Origin: Verrucomicrobiales bacterium
GTDB lineage: Bacteria; Verrucomicrobiota; Verrucomicrobiia; Limisphaerales; DUCD01
Length of the DNA stretch: 33,197 nucleotides
Reading direction: 5' to 3'
NCBI GenBank assembly: GCA_012959985.1
Contig: DUCD01000470.1
Span: 23,149 to 56,345 of the forward strand
The position numbers and the translations under genes were made by a program. Positions within the stretch are counted from its first letter, which is position 1. Each line of letters opens with the position of its first letter. The notes beneath the pieces are model-generated. The model was not told where the DNA came from. It searched no databases and saw nothing but the letters and a program-made list of their open reading frames with translations. This document shows, piece by piece, positions 10,270-19,707 of this stretch.

Positions 10270-11465
10270 TCTCTGGATGAGGACGATTGAAGCAGGGGAA
10301 CATCTCGATGAACATTGAATATCTTAAGAACGGCCATTCTTCTCCGATCAATCCGCTCTTGAGCCTGAGTCAAGTCGGTATATTTCATTTGAGCAATCCA
10401 TTCACGAATCAAAGCAACCCCCTCTTCATGCACCAGATTTCTCCCAACGATAGGCATCCGTATTCCGGGATCGGTTGAATTCATTCGGTGGAAAATCATG
10501 GACTCATCGGGCTTACCTGGAACAATGGCGAATCGAGTATTACCAACACCGCGCCCAGCGGCAACCGGAGCTTTGAAGATACCGAAACGAAAGGGATTAC
10601 GCTGTTCGGCGGTCAGATCCAATCCAGAGGTAAAGGCCAGGCCATTCGGACGATGACAACTGGAGCAGTTCATTTCGAGATAGACTCTGGCCCGTGTATC
10701 GAGTGCCCCGGTGGAAGGATCATTCCACACGGGTGCTTTGGGAACTTCTTTGAGGTTTTCGGTGGACAACCCGGTTAAAACACCTTTTCGCATCCAATGG
10801 ATCAGCTGGTTCTCATTGCCTTCGGGATACCGGAAAACCTTGTTCAAATGCTTTGCATGTATCGGCCCTAAGGGCTCCAAACGCTCTTTGATTTCATGAC
10901 ACTGTTTACACTGATTGCGATTAGGAATCAGGTAGGAGTGGAATTTTGGTTTATTGTCATAATGAATCCAGGAAACATTCACTTTGCCACCAACCACCAC
11001 TAAGTTGGCATCTGTTGCGGACTCATCCCAAACATATTGAGCGGTCTGCCATCCCGATTCTGCCAACATCAACAATCGCGTTTCAATCAACTGCTCGCCA
11101 AGGGAAAAATCCTGAATATCATTCAAGTAACTCGCTGTGAGAATCAGGACTGAGCCCATGGGGAACTCCATTGAATAATCCTTGTTGAGACGAATCTTCG
11201 CAGCTTCGGGCACCCACAGAAAACGGCGCAGCTTTGCATAGTCAGAGAAATGAGGTGTGTTCAAGTCATAGGGAATCACTCTTTCATTCGGAATCTGTTT
11301 CCTTCCATCCTTGAAGAAATGATACTCACTGATTCTTTTCTTTGAAACTTGCGATACATCAAGGAAGGCAGGAAACTTTTCTGGAAATGTTTCTCCCCCA
11401 AACACGATGAAGTCAAGACAGCCGAACAGCCAAAGGAGTAAAACCCATGAAACGATTCGCCTCAC
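10266..11465 (-). CDS. SO2930/HNE_0200 (TIGR03806)-type diheme c cytochrome
   Basis: Signal peptide; ISEYHFF, PYDLNTPHFSDYAKLRRFLWVP, ETRLL, CKQCH, ARVYLEMNCSSCH, KAPVAAGRG, RMPIVGR; ATGA overlaps on both sides. Confidence 0.88.
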   Translation of the reverse strand: MRRIVSWVLLLWLFGCLDFIVFGGETFPEKFPAFLDVSQVSKKRISEYHFFKDGRKQIPNERVIPYDLNTPHFSDYAKLRRFLWVPEAAKIRLNKDYSMEFPMGSVLILTASYLNDIQDFSLGEQLIETRLLMLAESGWQTAQYVWDESATDANLVVVGGKVNVSWIHYDNKPKFHSYLIPNRNQCKQCHEIKERLEPLGPIHAKHLNKVFRYPEGNENQLIHWMRKGVLTGLSTENLKEVPKAPVWNDPSTGALDTRARVYLEMNCSSCHRPNGLAFTSGLDLTAEQRNPFRFGIFKAPVAAGRGVGNTRFAIVPGKPDESMIFHRMNSTDPGIRMPIVGRNLVHEEGVALIREWIAQMKYTDLTQAQERIDRRRMAVLKIFNVHRDVPLLQSSSSRE

Positions 11466-12790
11466 GGGTTGATCCCCTGGAGACTCACAGCGGAAACAGG
11501 AGGCAAGGCACCGGCGTGTGCCACCAGATCACGTTTGGGTTGGGCATTCTCTGGATCGACCAAACTGGCAAGCCCACCCAGATTACCAAAAGTAACCGCG
11601 CCTTTCTCTTTTTGGTTATTCTGGATGTAGATTCGCGACTCTGAAGGAAGCACACCGTCGGCAAGTTTCTCAGGATTAACCACACCGTCCCACACAATAT
11701 CGGGTAAAGGAGTTCCGAGAATCATTGTCATTAACTGCGTGCTCTCGCCCAAAGGATTGGACCCGCAATCGCCTAAGCGGTTGTTGTGAATGTGGACCCC
11801 TTCCGGATAGGAATAATAATTCGGATCATTGATTTTGATACCGGTAGATAGGTAACTTACAACCATGATGTTGACAGTGCCATGATCTTTGATGTCATTG
11901 TCAAAAACCTCCACGTTGGAATTGGCCATGACCATAATACCGGTACCCGTCGGCACCGACGCCACAATATTACCTTTCGGAGCAAAATTCAGCGTATTGT
12001 TATCATATACCTGATTCTTGAACAACCGGATGTCATGTCCACGCTGCTGAGGAAGGTCCGGCAAATCAAAGACCAGAATGCCACCGGTATTCAGCGTGGC
12101 CGTATTGTTGTAAACGTCCGCGCCGTGACAATTTTCGATTTCAATCCCTGCCACGTTATATTTCGCGGTGCAGTTCCGAACAATGACATTCCTGGATTGC
12201 CCCACATAGATACCAGAATCAGATCCACCGATGGCGACACATTCTTCCACCAATACATTCTCTGAGTTGACCGGGTAGATTCCGTAAGCACCATTGGTTT
12301 CCTTCGGACCGCTCGTCCATTCGACCCGAATCTTCCGGAGGGTGATGTGATTGGCAGTATGCGATTTCAGGCCGTTGCCACTGGTGTCCTCAATAGCCAA
12401 ATCCTCAACCAGCACATAATCACTGGTTATATACAATCCTTCGGCACCGGACTCCTGATTTTTGAAGCTCAAAATCGTTTGATCCATGCCACGACCACGA
12501 AGAGTAACATGATCAACATCCAATGAAAGCCCCCCGGTAAATTCGAACAAACCCGCTTCAAGTTGAATCACGGTTCCAGGTTCAGCCAGGATTAGTTCCT
12601 CTTGAAGTTCCATTTGAACATCGGGTCCCGGAGTGATCATAACAATGTCCGTAGACGCAGTATTCGAACGGGGATAAGAAGTGTTTTCTGATTGGGAAGA
12701 TTGCGGTGCCTGACTCGATTCCTTACAGCCCACACCAATAAAAAGGACCCCAATTGTAAAAAACGTAAATGACCAATTAAAATACCTCAT
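11462..12790 (-). CDS. Parallel beta-helix repeat lipoprotein (TIGR03805 type)
   Basis: Lipobox VGC plus Ser/Gln linker; VTLRGRGMDQTILSF, NGAYGIYPV, SDSGIYVGQS, NVAGIEIEN, NTGGILVFDLP, NFAPKGNIVASVPTGTG. Confidence 0.9.
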   Translation of the reverse strand: MRYFNWSFTFFTIGVLFIGVGCKESSQAPQSSQSENTSYPRSNTASTDIVMITPGPDVQMELQEELILAEPGTVIQLEAGLFEFTGGLSLDVDHVTLRGRGMDQTILSFKNQESGAEGLYITSDYVLVEDLAIEDTSGNGLKSHTANHITLRKIRVEWTSGPKETNGAYGIYPVNSENVLVEECVAIGGSDSGIYVGQSRNVIVRNCTAKYNVAGIEIENCHGADVYNNTATLNTGGILVFDLPDLPQQRGHDIRLFKNQVYDNNTLNFAPKGNIVASVPTGTGIMVMANSNVEVFDNDIKDHGTVNIMVVSYLSTGIKINDPNYYSYPEGVHIHNNRLGDCGSNPLGESTQLMTMILGTPLPDIVWDGVVNPEKLADGVLPSESRIYIQNNQKEKGAVTFGNLGGLASLVDPENAQPKRDLVAHAGALPPVSAVSLQGINP

Positions 12791-12834
12791 AGCGATTAGT
12801 TTCTATAAGTGGACCATGACAACTTATCTGTTAA

Positions 12835-13677
12835 CTACCCGATCTTATTCTTCAACTCGGTGAGCAGGTTGGCCGCATGACCGATCTCTGCTTTCTGCCG
12901 CTCGGGCTCTTGAGGAATCTCACGCTCAATTGTCAGTGGGCCGCTGTATCCAATTTCCTGAAGGGTTCGCAAATAGTTTTCCATACCGACATCCCCTTCC
13001 CCAAGCGGCACTTCCTGTCCCCACGTTTCTCCGGGTTTGTCAGACCATTTACCATCTTTGCAATGAATGCTCCGAACATACTTACCCACCTTCTTCAACG
13101 CATCGATCGGCTCTCCGGTTCCGTAAAGAATCATGTTGGCTGGGTCAAAGTTAATGAAGAGGTTGTCGCGATCCACATCCCTGATGAACTGAAGCAACCC
13201 CTCTGCGGATTCCTGACCGGTTTCAAGATTCAGGCTCTGATCATTAGTCTTGCAGTGATCACAAATGTCACGAGTGACACCAAGGACTTCTGCGTAGAGA
13301 GGATCACCGGTGTCGTGCGGGACAAACCCAATGTGCAATGCGACGACCTTACACTTCAACATTTTGGCGAAGTCGGCAATCTCCTTCATCTCCTGTGTTC
13401 GTGCTGAGCGCGTTTCTGGTGGGACCAGTCCAACCGTTTTTGAAACCGTCGGGATATCCGCATAGCTTTCCCCCTCAAAGCCCCCGAAAACGGCGGTCAG
13501 TTCAATCCCCAGATCAGCCAATCGAGCTAGAAACCTATCGGCATTCTCCTGGTTTCGGGTCTCTTTGGCCGGGGCATGCAACTGAATTGTTGGAATGCCC
13601 AACTCATGGGCAACTTCAAGCTTTACTCCAAGCCCCGCATCAACACTTGTAAATACACCTATCGGCCACTTATCCAT
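12835..13677 (-). CDS. Sugar phosphate isomerase/epimerase (xylose isomerase-like TIM barrel)
   Basis: LETGQE, NFDPAN, HCKD, PLGEGDV and LTIERE metal-binding motifs. Confidence 0.92.
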   Translation of the reverse strand: MDKWPIGVFTSVDAGLGVKLEVAHELGIPTIQLHAPAKETRNQENADRFLARLADLGIELTAVFGGFEGESYADIPTVSKTVGLVPPETRSARTQEMKEIADFAKMLKCKVVALHIGFVPHDTGDPLYAEVLGVTRDICDHCKTNDQSLNLETGQESAEGLLQFIRDVDRDNLFINFDPANMILYGTGEPIDALKKVGKYVRSIHCKDGKWSDKPGETWGQEVPLGEGDVGMENYLRTLQEIGYSGPLTIEREIPQEPERQKAEIGHAANLLTELKNKIG

Positions 13678-13685
13678 TGTTCGTT

Positions 13686-13690
13686 CTCCT
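13686..13690 (-). promoter_or_regulatory. Shine-Dalgarno site for the epimerase gene
   Basis: AGGAG on the minus strand, 8 nt upstream of ATG 13677. Confidence 0.6.
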
Positions 13691-13805
13691 GTAATTAGTT
13701 CTTCTCAAAATGGTTGTCTAGCTGGAAAGATCCTGCACTTCCAGTTTGAGCAAACTATGGAACATCATGGGACCTGCGAGCAAGTAGAATCAACAAGTTG
13801 TCGTG

Positions 13806-14555
13806 TCAGACAGACCAATCGATGTACCGTCGACGTTTTTGTTTTGAGAATTTTTCTATAGCGTAACGAAGCATCGTTCTGGGCAAGGTTGCCGCATGCT
13901 CATTCAGGAAAGCTTCCTCAGTTGACAAGTCCCTCTTCCCAACCTCACGGAGCATCCACCCGACCGCCTTATGGATCAGATCTTCTTTGTCCTTGATTAG
14001 CATTGTGGAGATTCTTATTGTATCGTCGAAATCACTCTGTCGGATGAAGTGGAAAGTTGCCAGTATGGCGATTCGCCGCTCCCACAAACTCGACGACTTC
14101 ACCAAACGGTATAGCGGACGCCTACTCCTATCTTCCAAATAGGCGCCGACAATCTGTGGCGCTGACACATCAACAAGATCCCAGTTGTTGATGTGTTCGG
14201 TATTGCCGAGGTAGACATCATATATACGTCGCCTTACGGGGCCATCGCTCTTCTTGAATTGTGATACAAGTATAACCAACGCAAGTAGACGTTCTTCGTG
14301 AATATCTGAGCGCAGCAGGTTCTCGAATTCGTTTAGCGGAAGATCTCTGAATTCTTTGGCAACCTTGCGTATTACCGGGACTCGAACCCCGATGAAAACA
14401 TCCCCTTCCCCGTAGTCACCGGGGCCGGTCTTGAAAAACCGTTGTGAATGGATGGCTATTTCTGAACTCCCAAGACTCTTCAAGCGCTTATGTGCGACTT
14501 GTGCGGTCGGTTCGAAAACTTCGCCACCGTGCAATTTCGATGAAGCGTGATTCAT
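13806..14555 (-). CDS. DNA alkylation repair protein (AlkD-like HEAT-repeat glycosylase); start uncertain (14555 or 14600)
   Basis: RFFKTGPGDYGEGDVFIGVRVP, INNWDLVD, LWERR, EDLIHKAVGWMLREVGK, RTMLRYAIE. Confidence 0.9.
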   Translation of the reverse strand: MNHASSKLHGGEVFEPTAQVAHKRLKSLGSSEIAIHSQRFFKTGPGDYGEGDVFIGVRVPVIRKVAKEFRDLPLNEFENLLRSDIHEERLLALVILVSQFKKSDGPVRRRIYDVYLGNTEHINNWDLVDVSAPQIVGAYLEDRSRRPLYRLVKSSSLWERRIAILATFHFIRQSDFDDTIRISTMLIKDKEDLIHKAVGWMLREVGKRDLSTEEAFLNEHAATLPRTMLRYAIEKFSKQKRRRYIDWSV

Positions 14556-14603
14556 GATTTGTATATCAATGGCCCTGATCTTCTTTCCAGAAGAATCCAA
14601 TCT

Positions 14604-15923
14604 TTAAGGCTTCGAGACGGCAAGCCACTGGTCAAACCAATTAAATGCATCCGTCTGCATGGTCTGGTCGAATTTGTGTTCCCCTTTATAGAAATTGCAT
14701 CGATAGCGATCGGTGGCATTTGCTTTGGCAAACACTTCATTCAAAATGCGATCCGCCCGATGCATTTCAGGCAAGGTAAACAGTTGATCCTCTTCACTAT
14801 TCAGGACCATTGTAGGCAAAGGGGTCCGCAAACCCAGCACTTCAGGAAAATCAAGATACTTCGGTAAAATCGGAATATAAGTCATCCACGTGTGGGTATA
14901 GGATTTATGCAGCAACAGATCCCGCCAGGTAGTCATGAAACCAACACATACGGCACATAGGATACGCGAATCGAGCCCTCCTAAATAGGCTGTACGCAGG
15001 CCACCGCCCGACAAACCTCCACAACCGACTCGCGCGGCATCGACATCAGACCGGGCACAAAGCACGTCCAACGCTCTTTGGTCTTCACGTAAAAAAACGC
15101 CTGGCCAGGTAGTTCCCCCGCAGAACAGAGACTTGGCCATGGTATTTTCGTGGTGAGCCGCCCATTCGTTATAAGTGGCAATGTTTTCTGAAGTTTCCGG
15201 AGCGGCATCCGAACGATCTTCAGTTCGCATCGGTCCCCAGGTAAAACCGACCACGTCCTGGTAAAAGACACGGCGACTGCCAAAAGTAAAAACATCCGGC
15301 ACCAAAACAACGTAGCCTCTCTTGGCAATCTCATTCGCCCATGCTTTGCCTTCGTAGTATTGTTTCTGGTGCTCTGTCATTAAAGGGTGCTGCTCATCAC
15401 CCGTCCGGGTGATTTTTCGTTGGGCGAAGTATTTATTTCCACCGTGATCATGAAGAGCGAGGATTCCAGGCAACGGTTCCTGAACATTCTCAGGCTTGAG
15501 AAGCAAGGCTTGGGTCTTTCGGCCATAAGGCAACTGCCAACTCAATTCTTCCACGACCAAACCATCATAAGTATATTTTCTCCGTACCTCCACTTTTGGA
15601 TTTTGCCCGATATCAGGCGCACCCAGAAAAGCTTCCACTTGATTCAATGCGTTCTCACGCCATGCTTTCAATGGCAAGCTATCCGGACGCCGAAAAGAAA
15701 GCGCCGGCGGATCTGCGGGCAAGTCTGCTGCCCACGGGCCGTATTGACCAATGAGACTTTTGGAGGAATCGTTCAGGTTTGATGTCAGTTCCACAGGATT
15801 GTTCTTGTTGGTAAGATTAAATGGATCGGCCATCGCCCCCACCGGAAATACAGCCAGGACGGATGTAGACGTTTTCAGAAATTGACGACGAGAGTTGCTC
15901 GAATGACCGTTCGTTGTTTGCAG
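14604..15923 (-). CDS. Tat-exported alpha/beta hydrolase (dienelactone hydrolase/acetyl xylan esterase-like); start probably CTG 15923 rather than GTG 15842
   Basis: LALHDHGG, GLSGGG nucleophile elbow, DQLF, GEHKF; the in-frame upstream extension encodes SRRQFLKTSTSVLAVFPVGAMA. Confidence 0.8.
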   Translation of the reverse strand: MQTTNGHSSNSRRQFLKTSTSVLAVFPVGAMADPFNLTNKNNPVELTSNLNDSSKSLIGQYGPWAADLPADPPALSFRRPDSLPLKAWRENALNQVEAFLGAPDIGQNPKVEVRRKYTYDGLVVEELSWQLPYGRKTQALLLKPENVQEPLPGILALHDHGGNKYFAQRKITRTGDEQHPLMTEHQKQYYEGKAWANEIAKRGYVVLVPDVFTFGSRRVFYQDVVGFTWGPMRTEDRSDAAPETSENIATYNEWAAHHENTMAKSLFCGGTTWPGVFLREDQRALDVLCARSDVDAARVGCGGLSGGGLRTAYLGGLDSRILCAVCVGFMTTWRDLLLHKSYTHTWMTYIPILPKYLDFPEVLGLRTPLPTMVLNSEEDQLFTLPEMHRADRILNEVFAKANATDRYRCNFYKGEHKFDQTMQTDAFNWFDQWLAVSKP

Positions 15924-16165
15924 AAAGCATAGTCCTCAGCCTTAACTTGCGATGTTTAAAAACATGAAATGAACAGTCCGGATTGAATGGCAAAAGAATA
16001 ACAATGAACGATGTTTTAGGTCAACTTAACTTCCATGGAAAATAGAGGGATTATCAACGGCGAGTTCTGGATGTAACGGATCATTTTTGGGGTCAGTTCT
16101 CATTATTGACAACTGTGTATTTATCCTTTATAGCAATTTCCTTCCGCTAGAGGATCTTTGGTATA

Positions 16166-17641
16166 TTACAGCAGAATTTTTTGAATAACCCGGCCTCCGA
16201 CATCGGTTAATCGGAACTTGCGGCTGTTGTAGGTGTAAGTCAGCTTTTCATGATCTAGCCCAAGCAGATGCAGGATGGTTGCGTGAAGATCATTCACATG
16301 CACTTTGTTGACTTCTGCTTTGTGACCGATCTCGTCTGACTCCCCGTAACTTACGCCGCCTTTGATTCCGCCTCCGGCCAACCAGGTTGTGAAGCAGTGC
16401 GGATTGTGGTCCCTGCCCGGTTTTGAAGCTTTTTGGGCAACTGGCAATCGACCGAACTCACCTCCCCAGACAACCAGAGTCTCGTCGAGCAGTCCGCGGT
16501 TTTCGAGATCGGTTAACAATCCCGCTATCGGCTGGTCCGTTTCCAAGGCGAATCCTGAATGATTTCCTTTGATATCGCTGTGCCCGTCCCAGCTTTTTTG
16601 GTTTTCATTCCCGCCGGAATAGATCTGTACAAACCGAACATCCCTTTCCACCAACCGACGGGCCATCAGGCACTGTTCTGCAAAATGACGGCAAGGTTGC
16701 TGATCCATGCCGTAAAGGTTTCTGATTGACTCAGGTTCGTGTTTCAGATCCAAAGCTTCCGGAGCGGCAACCTGCATCCTAAAGGCGAGTTCAAAACTTT
16801 CAATTCGCGCATTGAGTTCGGCTTCATGTGGCTGATTTTCTAAATGCGCCCGATTCAATTTTGCCAGGAAATCGAGATTTTCACGCTGGTCCTCTGCCGT
16901 GACACCCTGCCTACGTTCCAGGTTTTGAATGGGCTGTCCATTGGGACGAAACCAGGTTCCCTGAAATGGTCCGGGAAGAAAACCCGCGCTCCAATTGGAA
17001 GCATGACCCTTGGGAAGGCCTCGACCTTTAGGATCGGACATGACGACAAATCCCGGAAGATTACGATTTCCACTGCCCAGCCCATAGGAGACCCATGATC
17101 CGAGACTCGGCAACCCCATGCGAGCTTGCCCACAATTCATCATGAATAGGGCCGGGCTGTGGTTGTTGGATTCTGTAAAGCCCGAATGGATGAATGCCAT
17201 CCTGTCCACATGACGTCCGAGGTGTGGGAAAATCTCCGAAACCATTTTCCCGCATTGCCCTCGCGGCGTGAAGTGAAAAGGTGATTTCATAATACCACCC
17301 ACCTGATTTGCAAAAAAACCGGTGAATTTATCGAAACCTTCCAAGGTATTGCCGTCATATTTTTCCAGTCGAGGTTTATAATCCCAGGTATCCACCTGAC
17401 TGGGTCCACCATTAACGAAGATCCAAATGACCCTTTTGGCAGAGGGCTGGAAATGGGCGGGTTTTGCCAACAATGGCTGTGAGCTCGCCCCTCGCCGGAA
17501 CGTGTTCGCAGGCAGTGAGACCAATCCGAATTCATCGCTTAGCAATGCAGCAAGTCCGAGTATGCCAGCCCCGCCCCCGCACCTTTTCAGCATATCCCGA
17601 CGGGTCAGGGAATGAGTGTTTACTGAGAATGGAGGATTCAT
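16166..17641 (-). CDS. DUF1501 family protein (Tat signal)
   Basis: TRRDMLK; AKRVIWIFVNGGPSQVDTWDYKP; PSLGSWVSYGLGS; WDGH; GEFGRLP; GRDHNP; HVNDLHATILHLLG. Confidence 0.93.
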   Translation of the reverse strand: MNPPFSVNTHSLTRRDMLKRCGGGAGILGLAALLSDEFGLVSLPANTFRRGASSQPLLAKPAHFQPSAKRVIWIFVNGGPSQVDTWDYKPRLEKYDGNTLEGFDKFTGFFANQVGGIMKSPFHFTPRGQCGKMVSEIFPHLGRHVDRMAFIHSGFTESNNHSPALFMMNCGQARMGLPSLGSWVSYGLGSGNRNLPGFVVMSDPKGRGLPKGHASNWSAGFLPGPFQGTWFRPNGQPIQNLERRQGVTAEDQRENLDFLAKLNRAHLENQPHEAELNARIESFELAFRMQVAAPEALDLKHEPESIRNLYGMDQQPCRHFAEQCLMARRLVERDVRFVQIYSGGNENQKSWDGHSDIKGNHSGFALETDQPIAGLLTDLENRGLLDETLVVWGGEFGRLPVAQKASKPGRDHNPHCFTTWLAGGGIKGGVSYGESDEIGHKAEVNKVHVNDLHATILHLLGLDHEKLTYTYNSRKFRLTDVGGRVIQKILL

Positions 17642-19689
17642 GGCAGATATAGAAACTCGTTTGAAGAAAGGAGGGCTCGGCAGAATTCAGTAAAAGCCGA
17701 CAACAAAGGTTGTTCTTTGTCGATTCCAGTTTCTGCTCGGCGGATAATGAAATCTGCGGATGCCTGCAATTCGATATCCACTGGCTTTCGATTCAGAATC
17801 CGGAGCCAGACAACGGTTATCGCATGGGGCAACGATTCACTATTCTCAGGGCCGTATTTTTTTGCGATGGCATCCGCACAATATTCAACGAGGGGACCAT
17901 TCATCAACGAGAGAGCCTGTGGGGCTGTAGTGGTTGATGTTCGTTTTCCGATACTACCCAGATGTTCAGGCCAATCGAAAACCTGCATCATCGGAATGAG
18001 CCCACTGCGTTTAATTGTATAATAGATACTGCGTCGCCTCATGTTTTCATTTAGTGACCCGGGGCCATACATTTGACGGTCCAATAATCCTGATACCGCA
18101 AGCATCGAGTCCCTGATGGCTTCAGCTTCCAAGCGTCGAGGTGAGAATCTCCAGTGGTGATTGTTTTCCGGATCAAGGGAATGGCCCGACGGGTTGCCGG
18201 CGTTGGAGCTCAGTCGGTAAACAGAACTCGTCATGATTAGTTTGTGAAGGCGTTTGAGTTTCCAGCCGTGATCTATCAGATCGTTCGCCAACCAATCCAG
18301 CAGATGGGGATGGGTGGGCAAGGCACCTTGGTTTCCGAAATTATTCGGAGTTGCCACAAGCCCCGTGCCAAAATGCTGTTGCCAGATTCGATTCACGATG
18401 ACGCGTGCAAGAAGCTGACCGGCTCCGTTGTTCGCGTCAGTCAACCACCGCGACAGCGCCGCCCGGCGGCCCGGAATTCGAGAATTTTCACTGATTTTCG
18501 TTACCCAATGAGATTCTTCTTTTCCATTCTGCTTAAGAGCATTCGGATACCCCGGGCTTACCGCATCTCCTTTCTGGTCAACGTCGCCGCGTTTGAGGAA
18601 ATAAACATGCGGATAGAAATGAGGATAACCTCTGCCATCGGCATGGTGTGATAGCGGTTTAACTCCATCGGAACAAATCAGCGCCGGCAGTTTCCCTTCG
18701 GCAGGTTTGCTTTTATCATGCGCAGCCAGTTTCTTATTCACGGATTCGAGCTGATCGTCATTTGCGGTTTCCACTGCTTTCATTAACTTCAGCCTTTTCG
18801 TTTCCCACTGAAGGAACGATTTTTGAAAAACATCTGAATGAACGTTTACGCGTTGTTCGCTCTTTACGGTGGTTACAAAGGCGGATGCAAGGCGGTAATA
18901 GTCCCTGCTGGTAACGGGATCGAACTTATGATCGTGGCAACGAGCGCAGCCAAAGGAAAACCCCAGAAAAGCAACTCCAATGGTTTGAACCATATCATCC
19001 AGTTCGTCGTATCTGGCCTGTTCGAATTCTGCCTCGGTCAGTTGAGTTGGGAAAACACCGGCGGCAAGAAATCCGGTTGCCGATCTTGCCAGTGGTTCAT
19101 CAGGAGCCAGTTCGTCACCGGCTATCTGCAATCGAACCATTCGATCCCAAGGCATATCCATATTGAAAGCCTGAATCAGAAAGTCTCTATAGTGATAAGC
19201 CAGCGGTCGGTCAGTGTCATGTTCGAAGCCCGAACTTTCTGCAAATCTGGCGATATCCATCCAGTATCGTGCAGATCTTTCGCCATAATGATCCGATACG
19301 AGGAGATGATCGATGAGTTCGCTCCATTTTCGGTCTGAAGCAAGGTCATCGAACATGGCTAATTCATTCCTACCGGGAGGCATACCGGTTAGATCCAAAA
19401 AAGCACGTCGAATCAGAGTGGATGAACTCGCAAAAGAGTTTTGAATGATTCCGAGCCCGTTCAGGCGCTTGAGAATAAAACGATCAAGATCATTTTTTGC
19501 ATGGATCGGGTTGTCTAGTTCCGGAGGCTGAATCGGCTTCAAAGGTTGAAATGCATAAGATCGGGATGAGCCGGTTTTTGAACTTTTGTCTTTAAACTGG
19601 TTGGCCGTAATTTCACCGGGCTCAGCGTTGAGACAACTCAGGGTCAGAACAATTCCAAAAAGGAGCACATTTAATTTCGAGAATGACAT
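17638..19689 (-). CDS. DUF1549 + DUF1553 (PSCyt2/PSD1) protein
   Basis: LIRRAFLDLTGMPP, HYGER..YWMD.ARFAES, CARCHDHKFDP, RVIVNRIWQQHFG, PTHPHLLDWLA, RRLEAEAIRD, RRSIY, TTAPQAL; ATGA overlap with the DUF1501 gene. Confidence 0.93.
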   Translation of the reverse strand: MSFSKLNVLLFGIVLTLSCLNAEPGEITANQFKDKSSKTGSSRSYAFQPLKPIQPPELDNPIHAKNDLDRFILKRLNGLGIIQNSFASSSTLIRRAFLDLTGMPPGRNELAMFDDLASDRKWSELIDHLLVSDHYGERSARYWMDIARFAESSGFEHDTDRPLAYHYRDFLIQAFNMDMPWDRMVRLQIAGDELAPDEPLARSATGFLAAGVFPTQLTEAEFEQARYDELDDMVQTIGVAFLGFSFGCARCHDHKFDPVTSRDYYRLASAFVTTVKSEQRVNVHSDVFQKSFLQWETKRLKLMKAVETANDDQLESVNKKLAAHDKSKPAEGKLPALICSDGVKPLSHHADGRGYPHFYPHVYFLKRGDVDQKGDAVSPGYPNALKQNGKEESHWVTKISENSRIPGRRAALSRWLTDANNGAGQLLARVIVNRIWQQHFGTGLVATPNNFGNQGALPTHPHLLDWLANDLIDHGWKLKRLHKLIMTSSVYRLSSNAGNPSGHSLDPENNHHWRFSPRRLEAEAIRDSMLAVSGLLDRQMYGPGSLNENMRRRSIYYTIKRSGLIPMMQVFDWPEHLGSIGKRTSTTTAPQALSLMNGPLVEYCADAIAKKYGPENSESLPHAITVVWLRILNRKPVDIELQASADFIIRRAETGIDKEQPLLSAFTEFCRALLSSNEFLYLP

Positions 19690-19707
19690 TATCGAATGCT
19701 AATTGTA

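Noticed and set aside
16088-16110. ggggtcagttctcattattgaca as a RAYT-associated repeat end
   Set aside because: Single copy with no inverted partner in the window
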